Shown here one piece after another: positions 55,430 through 64,000 of a DNA stretch of 64,000 nucleotides. Location: the NCBI GenBank assembly GCA_965230945.1, contig OZ246397.1, positions 539,925 through 603,924 of the forward strand, in the 5' to 3' direction. Each line of letters begins with the position of its first letter. The first letter of the stretch is position 1. The notes under the pieces are model-generated. The model saw nothing but the letters and a program-made list of their open reading frames with translations, was not told where the DNA came from and searched no databases. Origin of the DNA: an uncultured Gammaproteobacteria bacterium (GTDB taxonomy: Bacteria; Patescibacteriota; Microgenomatia; PFEM01; JAPLYW01). The position numbers were made by a program, and so were the translations under genes.

Positions 55430-56274
55430 AAAATAATTCTTATTATCGAAAAAAGAGACGGACAAGAAAAAAGAAGAGTAAGTTTGCTTGGGTAGGACGG
55501 TTTTTTTTAATCCTTTTGGTGGTTCTTTGCTTGGGTTTGGTTTTTAGGCTTTATCAGTCGGTTAATCGTAGTCTTTGGAAAGGTGATAGCCGTTTTAATT
55601 TGGTTTTTAATTCCGCTCCGGTTTTAGTTGCTTCTTTTGATTCTTTTGAGAATAAGGTAGATCTTTTACTTATTCCTCAAGGGACTTTTATTGAAGCTGT
55701 TCATGGTTATGGTCCTTGTCGGGCAGAATCAATTTATCGTCTGGGACAGTTAAATAATCAAGGGGGAGATTTTCTTTCGTCTAGCTTGCAAAACTATTTA
55801 GGATTGCCTATTGACGGTTATCTGTTGACTTCAGAGGTTAGTTTCCAAAAAGATGATAATTCTTTTTTAAAAAGTTATTTAGTTAAAAATTTGTCCTTTT
55901 TTTCAAAAAAAAGACAAGAAACTAATCTCAGTAACTGGGATTTAATTCGCCTTTGGTGGCATTTTAGAAAAATAAGGCCGGACAAATTTAATCTTATTGA
56001 TCTTAGTCAAACCCAGGCTTCAGAAAAGATTCTCTTGGCTGACGGAAGTAAGGCTATGAAGATTGATCCTAAGCGCTTGGAGTTAATTATGGTTCAGTTT
56101 TTTGCTGATAGAAAAATTAAGGAAGAAGGCTTAACGATTTCTATTTTGAACAGCACCTCTCATTTTGGTTTAGCTGCTAAAGTGGCCAATTTAATTAAAA
56201 ACATTGGCGGACGAATTGTTAAGGTAGGGGAGTTGGAAAAGTCAGGCTTGAATGATGATGATTTTAATTGCTAG
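55417..56274 (+). CDS. LytR-CpsA-Psr (LCP)-like cell-envelope protein
   Basis: N-terminal basic region and TM; LCP-like central segment (LIPQGTFIEAV...GLPIDGYLL). Confidence 0.5.
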   Translation: MAKIKNNSYYRKKRRTRKKKSKFAWVGRFFLILLVVLCLGLVFRLYQSVNRSLWKGDSRFNLVFNSAPVLVASFDSFENKVDLLLIPQGTFIEAVHGYGPCRAESIYRLGQLNNQGGDFLSSSLQNYLGLPIDGYLLTSEVSFQKDDNSFLKSYLVKNLSFFSKKRQETNLSNWDLIRLWWHFRKIRPDKFNLIDLSQTQASEKILLADGSKAMKIDPKRLELIMVQFFADRKIKEEGLTISILNSTSHFGLAAKVANLIKNIGGRIVKVGELEKSGLNDDDFNC

Positions 56275-56426
56275 ATAAGATCTGAGAGAAAGTATAAAAA
56301 TTCCTATACCGTTAAAAAATTAAGTAAGATTTTTAATTGTCGATGGAGAGGAGAGGATCTACTAAATGAGAGAGCTTTGGTTGTTTTGATTGTCAAAGAG
56401 GGTTATTGGCGGTTGCTTAAATTACC

Positions 56427-57068
56427 TTAGGAAAAGGAAGGGATATTGATAAACTTCTTTCCTTTGTTTACTTCACGGATAAAAATTTCTAAATGTTGAT
56501 GATCAACATTTTTAACAAAACCTTCATATTTATTACCAGCCTTCATAAATTTTATTAATCTTTGTGAGAGGTCTTCAGGAACAGTACCTAGATAATTATC
56601 ATCTTCGCTTAAGATGCTAACGAGCCTTTTTTTAGCCACCATAAGGATTGGATCAGCATTATTTAGTTTTCCTAGGATGTCAGGCTGGGCTAGGCGGACG
56701 AGAGTGACGATTTTTGTTTTCCCAGGCTCCTCTAGAAATATTTTGGAGGAAGAAAAAGGATTTCTTTTTTTAGTTGCTGTTTTTTTAATTTTACCTCCCT
56801 TGGAAAGTCTATTGATGTTTCTATTGGCGATGGGGTTAAAGCTATCAAACTTAAGTACTTTTTTATAAGTTTTCAGAGCTTGGTCTATTTTGCCAATTTC
56901 CCAGTGACATTTAGCTAGCCTGTTTAAGGCGGCAATGTTTTTTGGGTCCTCTTTGATAATTTTTTTGTTTACTTCAATTGCCTTTTCCCAGTTTTGGGCT
57001 AGGCTAGCTTTAATTGCTTGTTCTTCCAGATTATTATTCATTCTGATAAAGATATAATTTTTCCCCAT
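56427..57068 (-). CDS. TPR-repeat protein
   Basis: N-terminal TPR motifs (WEKAIEVNKKIIKEDPKNIAALNRLAKCHWEIGKIDQALKTYKKVLKFDSFNP). Confidence 0.5.
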   Translation of the reverse strand: MGKNYIFIRMNNNLEEQAIKASLAQNWEKAIEVNKKIIKEDPKNIAALNRLAKCHWEIGKIDQALKTYKKVLKFDSFNPIANRNINRLSKGGKIKKTATKKRNPFSSSKIFLEEPGKTKIVTLVRLAQPDILGKLNNADPILMVAKKRLVSILSEDDNYLGTVPEDLSQRLIKFMKAGNKYEGFVKNVDHQHLEIFIREVNKGKKFINIPSFS

Positions 57069-57107
57069 TGCTTGTCAATAAGAAGATTAACAGGTAAAAT
57101 ATTAAGG

Positions 57108-57857
57108 ATGTCTGGACATTCCAAGTGGTCAACAATCAAGCGTCAAAAAGAAGCAACAGATGCCCGTCGAGGCGAAGTTTTTACTAAGTTGGGGAATTTA
57201 ATTACCACCGCCGTTAAGGCCGGTGGGGGAATTACTGATCCTGAGAAGAATTTTAAGCTCCGCTTGGCAATGGAGAAAGCACGATCTTTAAATATGCCAA
57301 AGGAGAATATTCAAAGGGCAATTAGCAGAGGAGCAGGTGAAAGAGGGGTAGCGGATTGGACAGAGACGCTTTACGAAGGATATGGCCCTTCAGGTATTGC
57401 CGTCATTGTAGAAACAGCCACTGATAATAAAAATCGAACGACAGCCGAAATTAAAAATGTCTTTGAAAGAGGAGGAGGTAATGTTGCCAGCCCGGGAGCA
57501 GTTTCTTTCCAGTTTAAGAAATCAGGCTTGATAACCGTGGAAAAAGCAAGTAATCCAGAAGAACAGACTTTAAGTTTAATGGATATTGAAGTTGAGGATG
57601 TAGAACAGGCAACTGACGTTATTGAAGTTTATACAAAACCAGGGCAATTGAGAGAAGTAAGAAAGAAAATAGAGTCTATTGGTTTTAAAGTTTTAAGCGA
57701 GGAGTTAATGATGAAGCCCTTAAATGAGGTTAAAATAGAGGATAAAAACAAAGCTGAGAAAATTTTAAAATTTATGAATACCCTAGAAGAACATGGCGAT
57801 GTTCAAAAGGTTTATGCCAACTTTGATATTCCTCAAGATATTTTAGATAAGAACTAA
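57108..57857 (+). CDS. yebC: YebC/PmpR-family transcriptional regulator
   Basis: MSGHSKWSTIKRQKEATDARRG N-terminus; the ATG at 57108 is preferred over the track start at 57018. Confidence 0.85.
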   Translation: MSGHSKWSTIKRQKEATDARRGEVFTKLGNLITTAVKAGGGITDPEKNFKLRLAMEKARSLNMPKENIQRAISRGAGERGVADWTETLYEGYGPSGIAVIVETATDNKNRTTAEIKNVFERGGGNVASPGAVSFQFKKSGLITVEKASNPEEQTLSLMDIEVEDVEQATDVIEVYTKPGQLREVRKKIESIGFKVLSEELMMKPLNEVKIEDKNKAEKILKFMNTLEEHGDVQKVYANFDIPQDILDKN

Positions 57858-58636
57858 TGTTAAAGCTAGATAAAAGAAAGAGATTTATTATTACGGCTCT
57901 TATCCTTACCTTAGCTCTTTTAGGTATTCATCTAAGTGGAATATGGTGGCGCTATCAGGCAATGGCCATTTTAGCGGTTTTAACTTATCTTTTATCAGCT
58001 TGGTCATTAAAAGAAGGTCTAAGTGGGATTGAATGGTTTACAGTTTTAATCTTGCCGGTTCTTTTTACTGCTGGCCTAGGTTTGTTTTATTTTCTAACGC
58101 CTGTTTCTTGGTGGGCGCGGATACCCGTTCTTTTGCTTTTTGGAGGCGGAATTTATGCTTTATTGCTTACTGAGAATATCTTTTCAGTAGCGGCCATCAG
58201 AACTATTCAGTTACTCCGTTCAGCGCATGCGGTGAGTTTCTTGCTAACCTTGGTAACGGCCTTTTTTATTTATAATGTTATTTTTTCTTTTAGGCAAACT
58301 ATTTGGTTTAACTTTCTAGCCGTTTTTTTATTGAGTTTTCCTTTAATCTTGCAAGGCCTTTGGTGTATTAATCTTGAGGCTAAGATAAGTAAAAGTCTTT
58401 GGCTTTATACCTTAGCTTTGTCTTTAGTTATAGGAGAGGCTGCTTTGGTTTTTTCATTTTGGCCAGTAAGTGTGGCTGTAGGCTCTTTATCATTGACGAC
58501 CACTTTATATATCGTTTTAGGTTTAACTCAGCAGTATTTAAATGAAAGACTTTTTAAAAAGACGATAAACGAATATGTTGCTGTAGGTATTGCTGTTTTA
58601 GTCGTTATTTTATTAACGACACATTGGGGCGGATAA
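57857..58636 (+). CDS. hypothetical polytopic membrane protein
   Basis: 259 aa, about 7 TM helices. Confidence 0.45.
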   Translation: MLKLDKRKRFIITALILTLALLGIHLSGIWWRYQAMAILAVLTYLLSAWSLKEGLSGIEWFTVLILPVLFTAGLGLFYFLTPVSWWARIPVLLLFGGGIYALLLTENIFSVAAIRTIQLLRSAHAVSFLLTLVTAFFIYNVIFSFRQTIWFNFLAVFLLSFPLILQGLWCINLEAKISKSLWLYTLALSLVIGEAALVFSFWPVSVAVGSLSLTTTLYIVLGLTQQYLNERLFKKTINEYVAVGIAVLVVILLTTHWGG

Positions 58637-59333
58637 GAAATTAACTTCTAAAAAAATTAAAACTTTAAATTTTTTTTGAGAGACATCCGGAAAAGGGGAG
58701 TAGGGGCTATAAAAATCTTCTTTAAGAGATGAAAAGCCTATAATAATTATAGTCATTTCATACAGAATATAGGGTAGTTTTCACGAAATGACAGAGAAAT
58801 TTTTAACTGCTATGTTGATATAGTTTGATATATTTGTTAGAGAGGATTGTGGATAACTTAGAGGATAGAAAAAAGACTTAAAAATAAAAAAAAATAAATA
58901 AAAAAGAGCAGAAGAGAAATCTCTAAAAAGAATGTGTCACCTTTATCTTATCCCCTTAAAAAGACAGAGATATGCTTAAAAGAGGATAGAAAAGCCTATT
59001 CTAATAAGGTCGCACAATGTAGCTTTTACGACATGTTCTGAATCTACCTTCCAGAGGAGGGTTTCAAACATAGGTCTCTAAGATATAAAAAATAAAAGAT
59101 TTTTTAAGAAATAATATTCTTACTCGCCTCTTTATCTTTCTTATTTATTCTCTATTTTGAGGCCTATTTCTGAAAAATACCTGTCCCCCAATAAAACCCG
59201 AAAATACAGGCTCAAACTGTACTTAATTAGGTATAAATCATCATCTGATTCCCCTATCTAATTTGAAGCTAATTATAGGTTTTATAAGAAGCTAGTTAAT
59301 AATTTTCTTTGGGAAAAGATGTTATAATACATT

Positions 59334-60734
59334 ATGAAAAAAATAATATCCGTCGGTTATGAAATCCCTGGAAATTCTGATTTATACATACCATATTCTT
59401 CAAATAAATCATTATTAGACAGTGAAATAGTTATTTTCTGTCCAGAGTTTAAAGATTATGATGTGGATTATATTAATAGCTCTTACCGTGGGAAGATTTT
59501 ATATTCGGAAGATGGGACTTCCAATCTAAAAGAAGATACTAATCATTGGAAAGATGAGTTGGATATTTTACTTAAAGATGGTAAAACGATATTTGTTTTA
59601 TTAAAAAGACTTGAGGAATTTTATATCCATACTGGTGAAAAGAATTTTTCAGGAACTGGGAAAAATGCAAGAATCACAAATATTGTCACAAATTATGATA
59701 ATTACCATTTTCTCCCTAGTATTGATTTATCTTTAGCGCCGTCTACTGGTAAAAAAATCAAATTTCCCGGTAATCCAATCTTCTCAGTCTTATGGAAAGA
59801 TTTTTCCAAGCATTTTGAGTATGAAAATTATATTAATGAAAACATAAAGGATCCTTTATTTACAACAGAGACAGGCAAAAAAGCAGTTGGGAGTATTCAT
59901 AAAATTGGGAAAGGTTATCTTATTTTATTACCGATGATAAATTATGACGAAGATAAGTTTGTTTATTATGATAAAAAGAAAAAAGAACCATACTGGACTA
60001 AAGAAGCAGTAGAATTTGGCAATAGATTAATAAAAGACTTTATAGAAATAGATAAAGCCTTAAGTGTTGTCTCTGGTCTTACTCCTCAACCTGACTGGGT
60101 TAAATCGAAGAAATATCAATTTATTACCGAAGTAGAATTACAAACTCAGATAGACATAATTGATTCAAAGATAAAAGATTTTATCCAAAAAAAACAGAGC
60201 CTTCAGGAAAAAATAAATAAAGAACAAGAATTAAAAATGCTTCTATATGAATCTGGGAAACCTCTTGAGAGAGCAGTTGTTAATGCTTTAAGGAAAATTG
60301 ACTATAAAGCAGAAAATTTTAAAGAAGGCGATTTGGAAATTGATCAGTTAATTGTTTCTCCGGAAGGAGATAGATTTATTGCTGAGACTGAAGGAAAAGA
60401 TAATTCTCCAATAAATATAGATAAGATTAGACAATTATCTAGTAACATTCAGGAAGACTTGGCTCGAGATAAAGTATCTAAAGCTGCTGACGGTATACTA
60501 TTTGGGAATGGTTTTAGGTTAATTGTGCCAGAAAAAAGAGATTTACAGTTTACTGAGAAGTGCCAATCAATTGCAAAAAAGTTTAACTATATTCTTATTA
60601 CAACCGATTCTTTATTTTCGGTTGCAAGATATCTTAAGGAAAACAAGAACACTGATTTTGCCAAGAAATGTAGAAAGAAAATTTTATCCAGCAAAGGAAC
60701 TATTGTTAAATTCCCATCCATACCCAAAAAATGA
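59334..60734 (+). CDS. hypothetical protein (466 aa); the C-terminal region has a possible PD-(D/E)xK-like nuclease motif
   Basis: AT-rich; central coiled-coil; C-terminal EGDLEIDQLIVSPEGDRFIAETEGK resembles a D...(D/E)xK core. Confidence 0.4.
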   Translation: MKKIISVGYEIPGNSDLYIPYSSNKSLLDSEIVIFCPEFKDYDVDYINSSYRGKILYSEDGTSNLKEDTNHWKDELDILLKDGKTIFVLLKRLEEFYIHTGEKNFSGTGKNARITNIVTNYDNYHFLPSIDLSLAPSTGKKIKFPGNPIFSVLWKDFSKHFEYENYINENIKDPLFTTETGKKAVGSIHKIGKGYLILLPMINYDEDKFVYYDKKKKEPYWTKEAVEFGNRLIKDFIEIDKALSVVSGLTPQPDWVKSKKYQFITEVELQTQIDIIDSKIKDFIQKKQSLQEKINKEQELKMLLYESGKPLERAVVNALRKIDYKAENFKEGDLEIDQLIVSPEGDRFIAETEGKDNSPINIDKIRQLSSNIQEDLARDKVSKAADGILFGNGFRLIVPEKRDLQFTEKCQSIAKKFNYILITTDSLFSVARYLKENKNTDFAKKCRKKILSSKGTIVKFPSIPKK

Positions 60735-60991
60735 AGCCAGTATTGAAATTTGTAGACTTTGGTAAGTAGTGTATAAATTGACAAAACAAGGATATAATAT
60801 TATACTTGCTTTCGCCTATTGATAAATAGGTTTTTTGTTCTTTAACAACAAGTTAAGAGGGAGAAATTCATGGGAGAAAATAAAGACAGCAATGTAGTTG
60901 ACTTTTTTATCGCGAAAGAAAAGCTTGAGCGAAAGAAAGGCAATTTATTACTTATTTGGTTTATCGATTTATTAATAAATTTTTTTAAGGG

Positions 60992-61402
60992 GTGGCAAAG
61001 ATGAAAAAAATAAAGAAGAAGAGAGAAGGTATAAGTCCTGGTCCTTACTTTATTTATTTAGTAATGCTGATCGGTGTGTCTCTTTTTATCTTTACAGGTA
61101 TTTATTTGTTATTAAGTTCTTCTGTAGACTATGATTTTGCAGGTTTTATTATCCTAATCAGTTTTTTTCTGATTTTTTTCGCTCGTTCATTCTCTGAAGA
61201 GTTTGATTTTTCATTGTTACGTTTAGGAGTTAGGGTTTTGTTAATTATCATAGTTGTTTTTAGTTCAGCTTTCTTTATTTGGGGTATGATCATAGGTGCC
61301 AAAGATATCATAAATGGAGCTTTTCTTGCTTTCCTTTTAGCCTCGAGCGGCTTTTTAGTTAAAGAGTATCTTTTTAAAAGGAAAAACGAGACTCCTTTCT
61401 AG
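60992..61402 (+). CDS. hypothetical small membrane protein
   Basis: 136 aa, 4 TM helices. Confidence 0.4.
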   Translation: MAKMKKIKKKREGISPGPYFIYLVMLIGVSLFIFTGIYLLLSSSVDYDFAGFIILISFFLIFFARSFSEEFDFSLLRLGVRVLLIIIVVFSSAFFIWGMIIGAKDIINGAFLAFLLASSGFLVKEYLFKRKNETPF

Positions 61403-61521
61403 GATTCTACCGGCTAGGCATTTCTTTAGATTGTTTTTATTAAATAATCTATTTTTGCCTAGCCAAATCCTCTTAACTTGTTTTTATCATTAAAGTTACC
61501 TGACGGTGGCTTTTTTGTTAC

Positions 61522-62514
61522 TTGCCTTTACTCTTACAATGTCGTACAATATTTTTAATGCCCGAAGAGAAGAAAGAAACTAAGCGTACTGAAGTTGATC
61601 GTCTCATTGAAGAGTTCTTAGAGTACCTCGAGATTGAAAAGAATTCCTCTCCCCTAACCGTTCGTAACTACAAACATTATCTTACTCGCTTTTCTGAATG
61701 GCTAAAGAAGGATCACTCCAAGCCTGACTCAGGTTCAATTACTTTAGAGGTTGTTAAAAAATATAGGGTATATTTATCCCGATTTACAGCCCTAAATGGG
61801 GCGCCTTTATCCCGTGTCACTCAAGGCTACCATGTGATAGCTTTAAGGGCATTCCTGCGCTGGTTAATAAAAAATGACTATAAGACACTTAGCCCAGAGA
61901 AGATTGACCTCCCCAAAGCTAAAAGCCGCTCTCTAAAGTTTCTTACTACAGAGCAGGTAGAGCGTCTTTTGTCTCAACCCCAGATATCAAAGCCGAGAGG
62001 GCTACGTGATAAGGCCATCTTAGAGATGCTCTTCTCTACTGGCTTGCGGGTCAGTGAATTAGTGAGGCTTAATCGGGATCAAATTGACTTTAATCGTCGA
62101 GAGTTTGGTGTTATTGGTAAAGGAGGTCAAGCTCGGGTGGTATTTCTCTCAAAAGAGGCCGCAGAATGGCTTAAAAAGTACCTTGAGAGCCGAACCGATG
62201 CTTGGAAGGCCTTGTTTGTAAGATATATAGAAAAACCGGAGGTTATCGAGAGTGGTCAGAAGATGAGATTAACTGTCAGAACGATACAACGGATCGTTAA
62301 AAAGTATGTAAGGAAAGCAAGACTACCTGTAGATGCCAGTGTTCATACACTCCGTCATTCTTTTGCCACTGATTTACTTATGGCCGGGGCTGATATTAGA
62401 AGTGTCCAAGAACTTCTTGGTCATAAAAACATTTCGACCACTCAAATCTATACTCACGTCACCAATAAAAAACTTAGAGATGTTCATGAAGCCTTTCATG
62501 GTAAAGGGAAATGA
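61522..62514 (+). CDS. xerC: Tyrosine site-specific recombinase, XerC/XerD type
   Basis: N-terminal SAM-like core-binding domain (EEFLEYLEIEKNSSPLTVRNYKHYL); catalytic R (GLRVSEL), HTLRHSFAT, LLGH, Y in IYTHV. The likely ATG is at 61561. Confidence 0.8.
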   Translation: MPLLLQCRTIFLMPEEKKETKRTEVDRLIEEFLEYLEIEKNSSPLTVRNYKHYLTRFSEWLKKDHSKPDSGSITLEVVKKYRVYLSRFTALNGAPLSRVTQGYHVIALRAFLRWLIKNDYKTLSPEKIDLPKAKSRSLKFLTTEQVERLLSQPQISKPRGLRDKAILEMLFSTGLRVSELVRLNRDQIDFNRREFGVIGKGGQARVVFLSKEAAEWLKKYLESRTDAWKALFVRYIEKPEVIESGQKMRLTVRTIQRIVKKYVRKARLPVDASVHTLRHSFATDLLMAGADIRSVQELLGHKNISTTQIYTHVTNKKLRDVHEAFHGKGK

Positions 62515-62572
62515 AAAAGCCACCTAATGGTATTTGTATTCTACCAATACAGATGGCTTTATAGTTTAGCTT

Positions 62573-62600
62573 TTTACTTTTATCTACTTTTATCTACTTT
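62573..62600 (+). repeat. short tandem repeat (ACTTTTATCT) x about 2.7
   Basis: acttttatctacttttatctacttttc directly 3' of the xer gene. Confidence 0.5.
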
Positions 62601-63043
62601 TCTTTTAAGCTTCTTTTTCTACTGTTTCGGAGAGCTCTTCTTCTAATCTTGAAAAGATTTCTAGGTTTAGTGATAATAACGATAACAACATTATTTTTGT
62701 TATTTTTGATCCATCCTAGTGTTTCCTTATGACCATAAAGATCACAAATAATTGGATTGAACTCTGAAAGCTTTTCAAAGTATTTAATATCCATTCCTAC
62801 TCTTATAACTTCTTCATCATCCCCTAAGCAACTCTGGGAAAAATCCTGGTGATTCTTTTTAAAAACTTTTAAGCAAACTGCACTTCCATTTTTAGTTCCC
62901 TTTTCAACCGTAGCAAGCTCTACTCCTTGATCGTTTTTTTCTTTGTTAAATGATTTGATATTTTCCCAATCTTCTTTCCTTACCCAAATTTTTTTAGATC
63001 TTTCATTGATCTCAGAGATGTCGATCTCATCCAATTTAATCAC
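62594..63043 (-). CDS. hypothetical protein
   Basis: 149 aa with a basic C-terminus; no recognised motif. Confidence 0.35.
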   Translation of the reverse strand: MIKLDEIDISEINERSKKIWVRKEDWENIKSFNKEKNDQGVELATVEKGTKNGSAVCLKVFKKNHQDFSQSCLGDDEEVIRVGMDIKYFEKLSEFNPIICDLYGHKETLGWIKNNKNNVVIVIITKPRNLFKIRRRALRNSRKRSLKEK

Positions 63044-63159
63044 TCCCCTTTTATTTTGTTTTTAATGTTCGAAAAATAAATCTTATAAACCAAAGGCAAA
63101 TTCTTAAGTTATAAGATAGCTATATTTTAACATATTTACTTTAAAAGTCAACTTATAAG

Positions 63160-63945
63160 TTATAAAGTTTCGTAACTTAGGACTACTGAAACGATGATCT
63201 CGGATTCACCTGGTTGAATTTGAGTTTCTTCTTCGTCTTCTTCTATGGCAGAACCAGCTTCTTTAAATAAAAGTGGCCTTGGTTGATAAGACGAGATGTC
63301 TTTTTCAATAATGTTAATCAATTTTCCGATTCTTAATCCACCTATTTTAGCGATTTGTTCTGCTTTTCTTTTTGCTTTTTTAATGGCCTCTTTTCTGGCT
63401 TCCATTTTTAATTCCTCTAGTCTTTCATCATCAATGATAAACTCCAGACTGCCGATTTGGTTAGCTCCAAGCTCAGTTGATTTATCAATAACTTTATTTA
63501 TTTTCTCAAAATCTTTGACTTTTATTTCTAGTTTAATATTAATGTTGTATCCATTTATTTTTCTGCCTGATATGTAGTCATAATTAGGATAAATACGATA
63601 GTCAGTGGTCTTAATATACTTATCCTCTACTCCGATTCTTTTGAGTTCATTAGTAATCTTGTTTATTTTTTCGTTAGCTTCTTTTTGAGCTGCTTTTACG
63701 GTGGGTTTATTAATTTGAATTCCTAGGTTAACGGTAGCTGTGTCAGGAATAGCGGTTACCTTTCCTTCTGCTTGGACATCGAAAGTTGTTTTCTTTTCAG
63801 TGGTGGTTTGGTTAACAGAGAAAGGAATCGGGCCAATAAAACGGAAATAAAGAGTCAGAATGACCAGAATTGATAAGGTTATACTAATAATCTTTCCGAA
63901 ATCTGTTTTATAGAAACTATTTAAGTACTTTTTGAATTTTTTCAT
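63160..63945 (-). CDS. SIMPL/DUF541-family (Bp26-like) secreted protein
   Basis: N-terminal TM/signal, repeated beta-alpha modules, KKAKRKAEQIAKIGGLRIGKLINI tail. Confidence 0.6.
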   Translation of the reverse strand: MKKFKKYLNSFYKTDFGKIISITLSILVILTLYFRFIGPIPFSVNQTTTEKKTTFDVQAEGKVTAIPDTATVNLGIQINKPTVKAAQKEANEKINKITNELKRIGVEDKYIKTTDYRIYPNYDYISGRKINGYNINIKLEIKVKDFEKINKVIDKSTELGANQIGSLEFIIDDERLEELKMEARKEAIKKAKRKAEQIAKIGGLRIGKLINIIEKDISSYQPRPLLFKEAGSAIEEDEEETQIQPGESEIIVSVVLSYETL

Positions 63946-64000
63946 GCTTTATTAATATACTCTAAGCTTAAAAGATGAGTCAAGAACTATTTATAGTCTT

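Noticed and set aside
61522-62514. Phage integrase or prophage
   Set aside because: The recombinase has XerC/XerD-type N- and C-terminal signatures and no phage structural, terminase or repressor genes are nearby, so a chromosomal dimer-resolution Xer is more likely. The adjacent AT-rich block is still noted in the findings.
1-64000. CRISPR arrays, rRNA genes, tmRNA/RNase P/SRP RNA
   Set aside because: I found no short regularly spaced direct repeats and none of the conserved core motifs of these RNAs. The only tandem repeats are the intragenic 135-nt units and a 10-mer x2.7 at 62573.

Overview
This is a low-GC, gene-dense bacterial chromosome fragment with small compact genes, short EF-Ts/RpsB/Frr, many secreted or membrane hypotheticals and an O-antigen-ligase-TPR protein. 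That content is most consistent with a Patescibacteria/CPR-type genome, but the assignment is only by gene content. No rRNA or CRISPR is present. The conserved backbone is mreB-mreC-mreD-mrdA-dprA-topA-tmk, rpsB-tsf-frr-rseP, rpsU-yqeY-ybeY-dnaX-ybaB-recR, cysS, rpsF-ssb-rpsR-ctpA-htrA, prfA(truncated)-rpmE, a PGM-family mutase, hisS, dnaB, tRNA-Leu(CAA), efp, lgt, dksA-like, rluA, a CPA2 antiporter, tgt, an LCP-family protein, yebC and a xerC/D-type recombinase. Two loci stand out and I cannot explain either by standard annotation. The first (13103..15094, minus) is a single ORF that fuses a complete glutamyl-tRNA-reductase-like N-terminal module (TCNR-type active-site Cys plus NADPH Rossmann fold) to a class IIb Asp/Asn-tRNA-synthetase-type catalytic core lacking the anticodon-binding domain. 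It is co-oriented 5 nt upstream of aspS and behind a 738-nt structured leader. The second (24876..31263) is a cassette: HIT hydrolase, an atypical tRNA-Pro(UGG)-like element in the proS leader, a canonical archaeal/eukaryal-type ProRS, two divergent ProRS paralogs (one truncated to the catalytic domain), an S66 LdcA/MccF-like serine peptidase and a standalone AsnA/AsxRS catalytic core, closed by a 3' fragment of a second HIT gene. Smaller observations include a secreted Cys-rich protein with thrombospondin-type-1-like tandem repeats, an RF1 lacking its N-terminal domain, a 26-nt near-exact duplicate linking rsmA to the fusion-gene leader, and an AT-rich ORF-poor stretch next to the Xer recombinase. 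The six-frame track misses the long O-antigen-ligase-like gene that runs off the left edge on the minus strand, and the + strand ORFs listed there are antisense artefacts.
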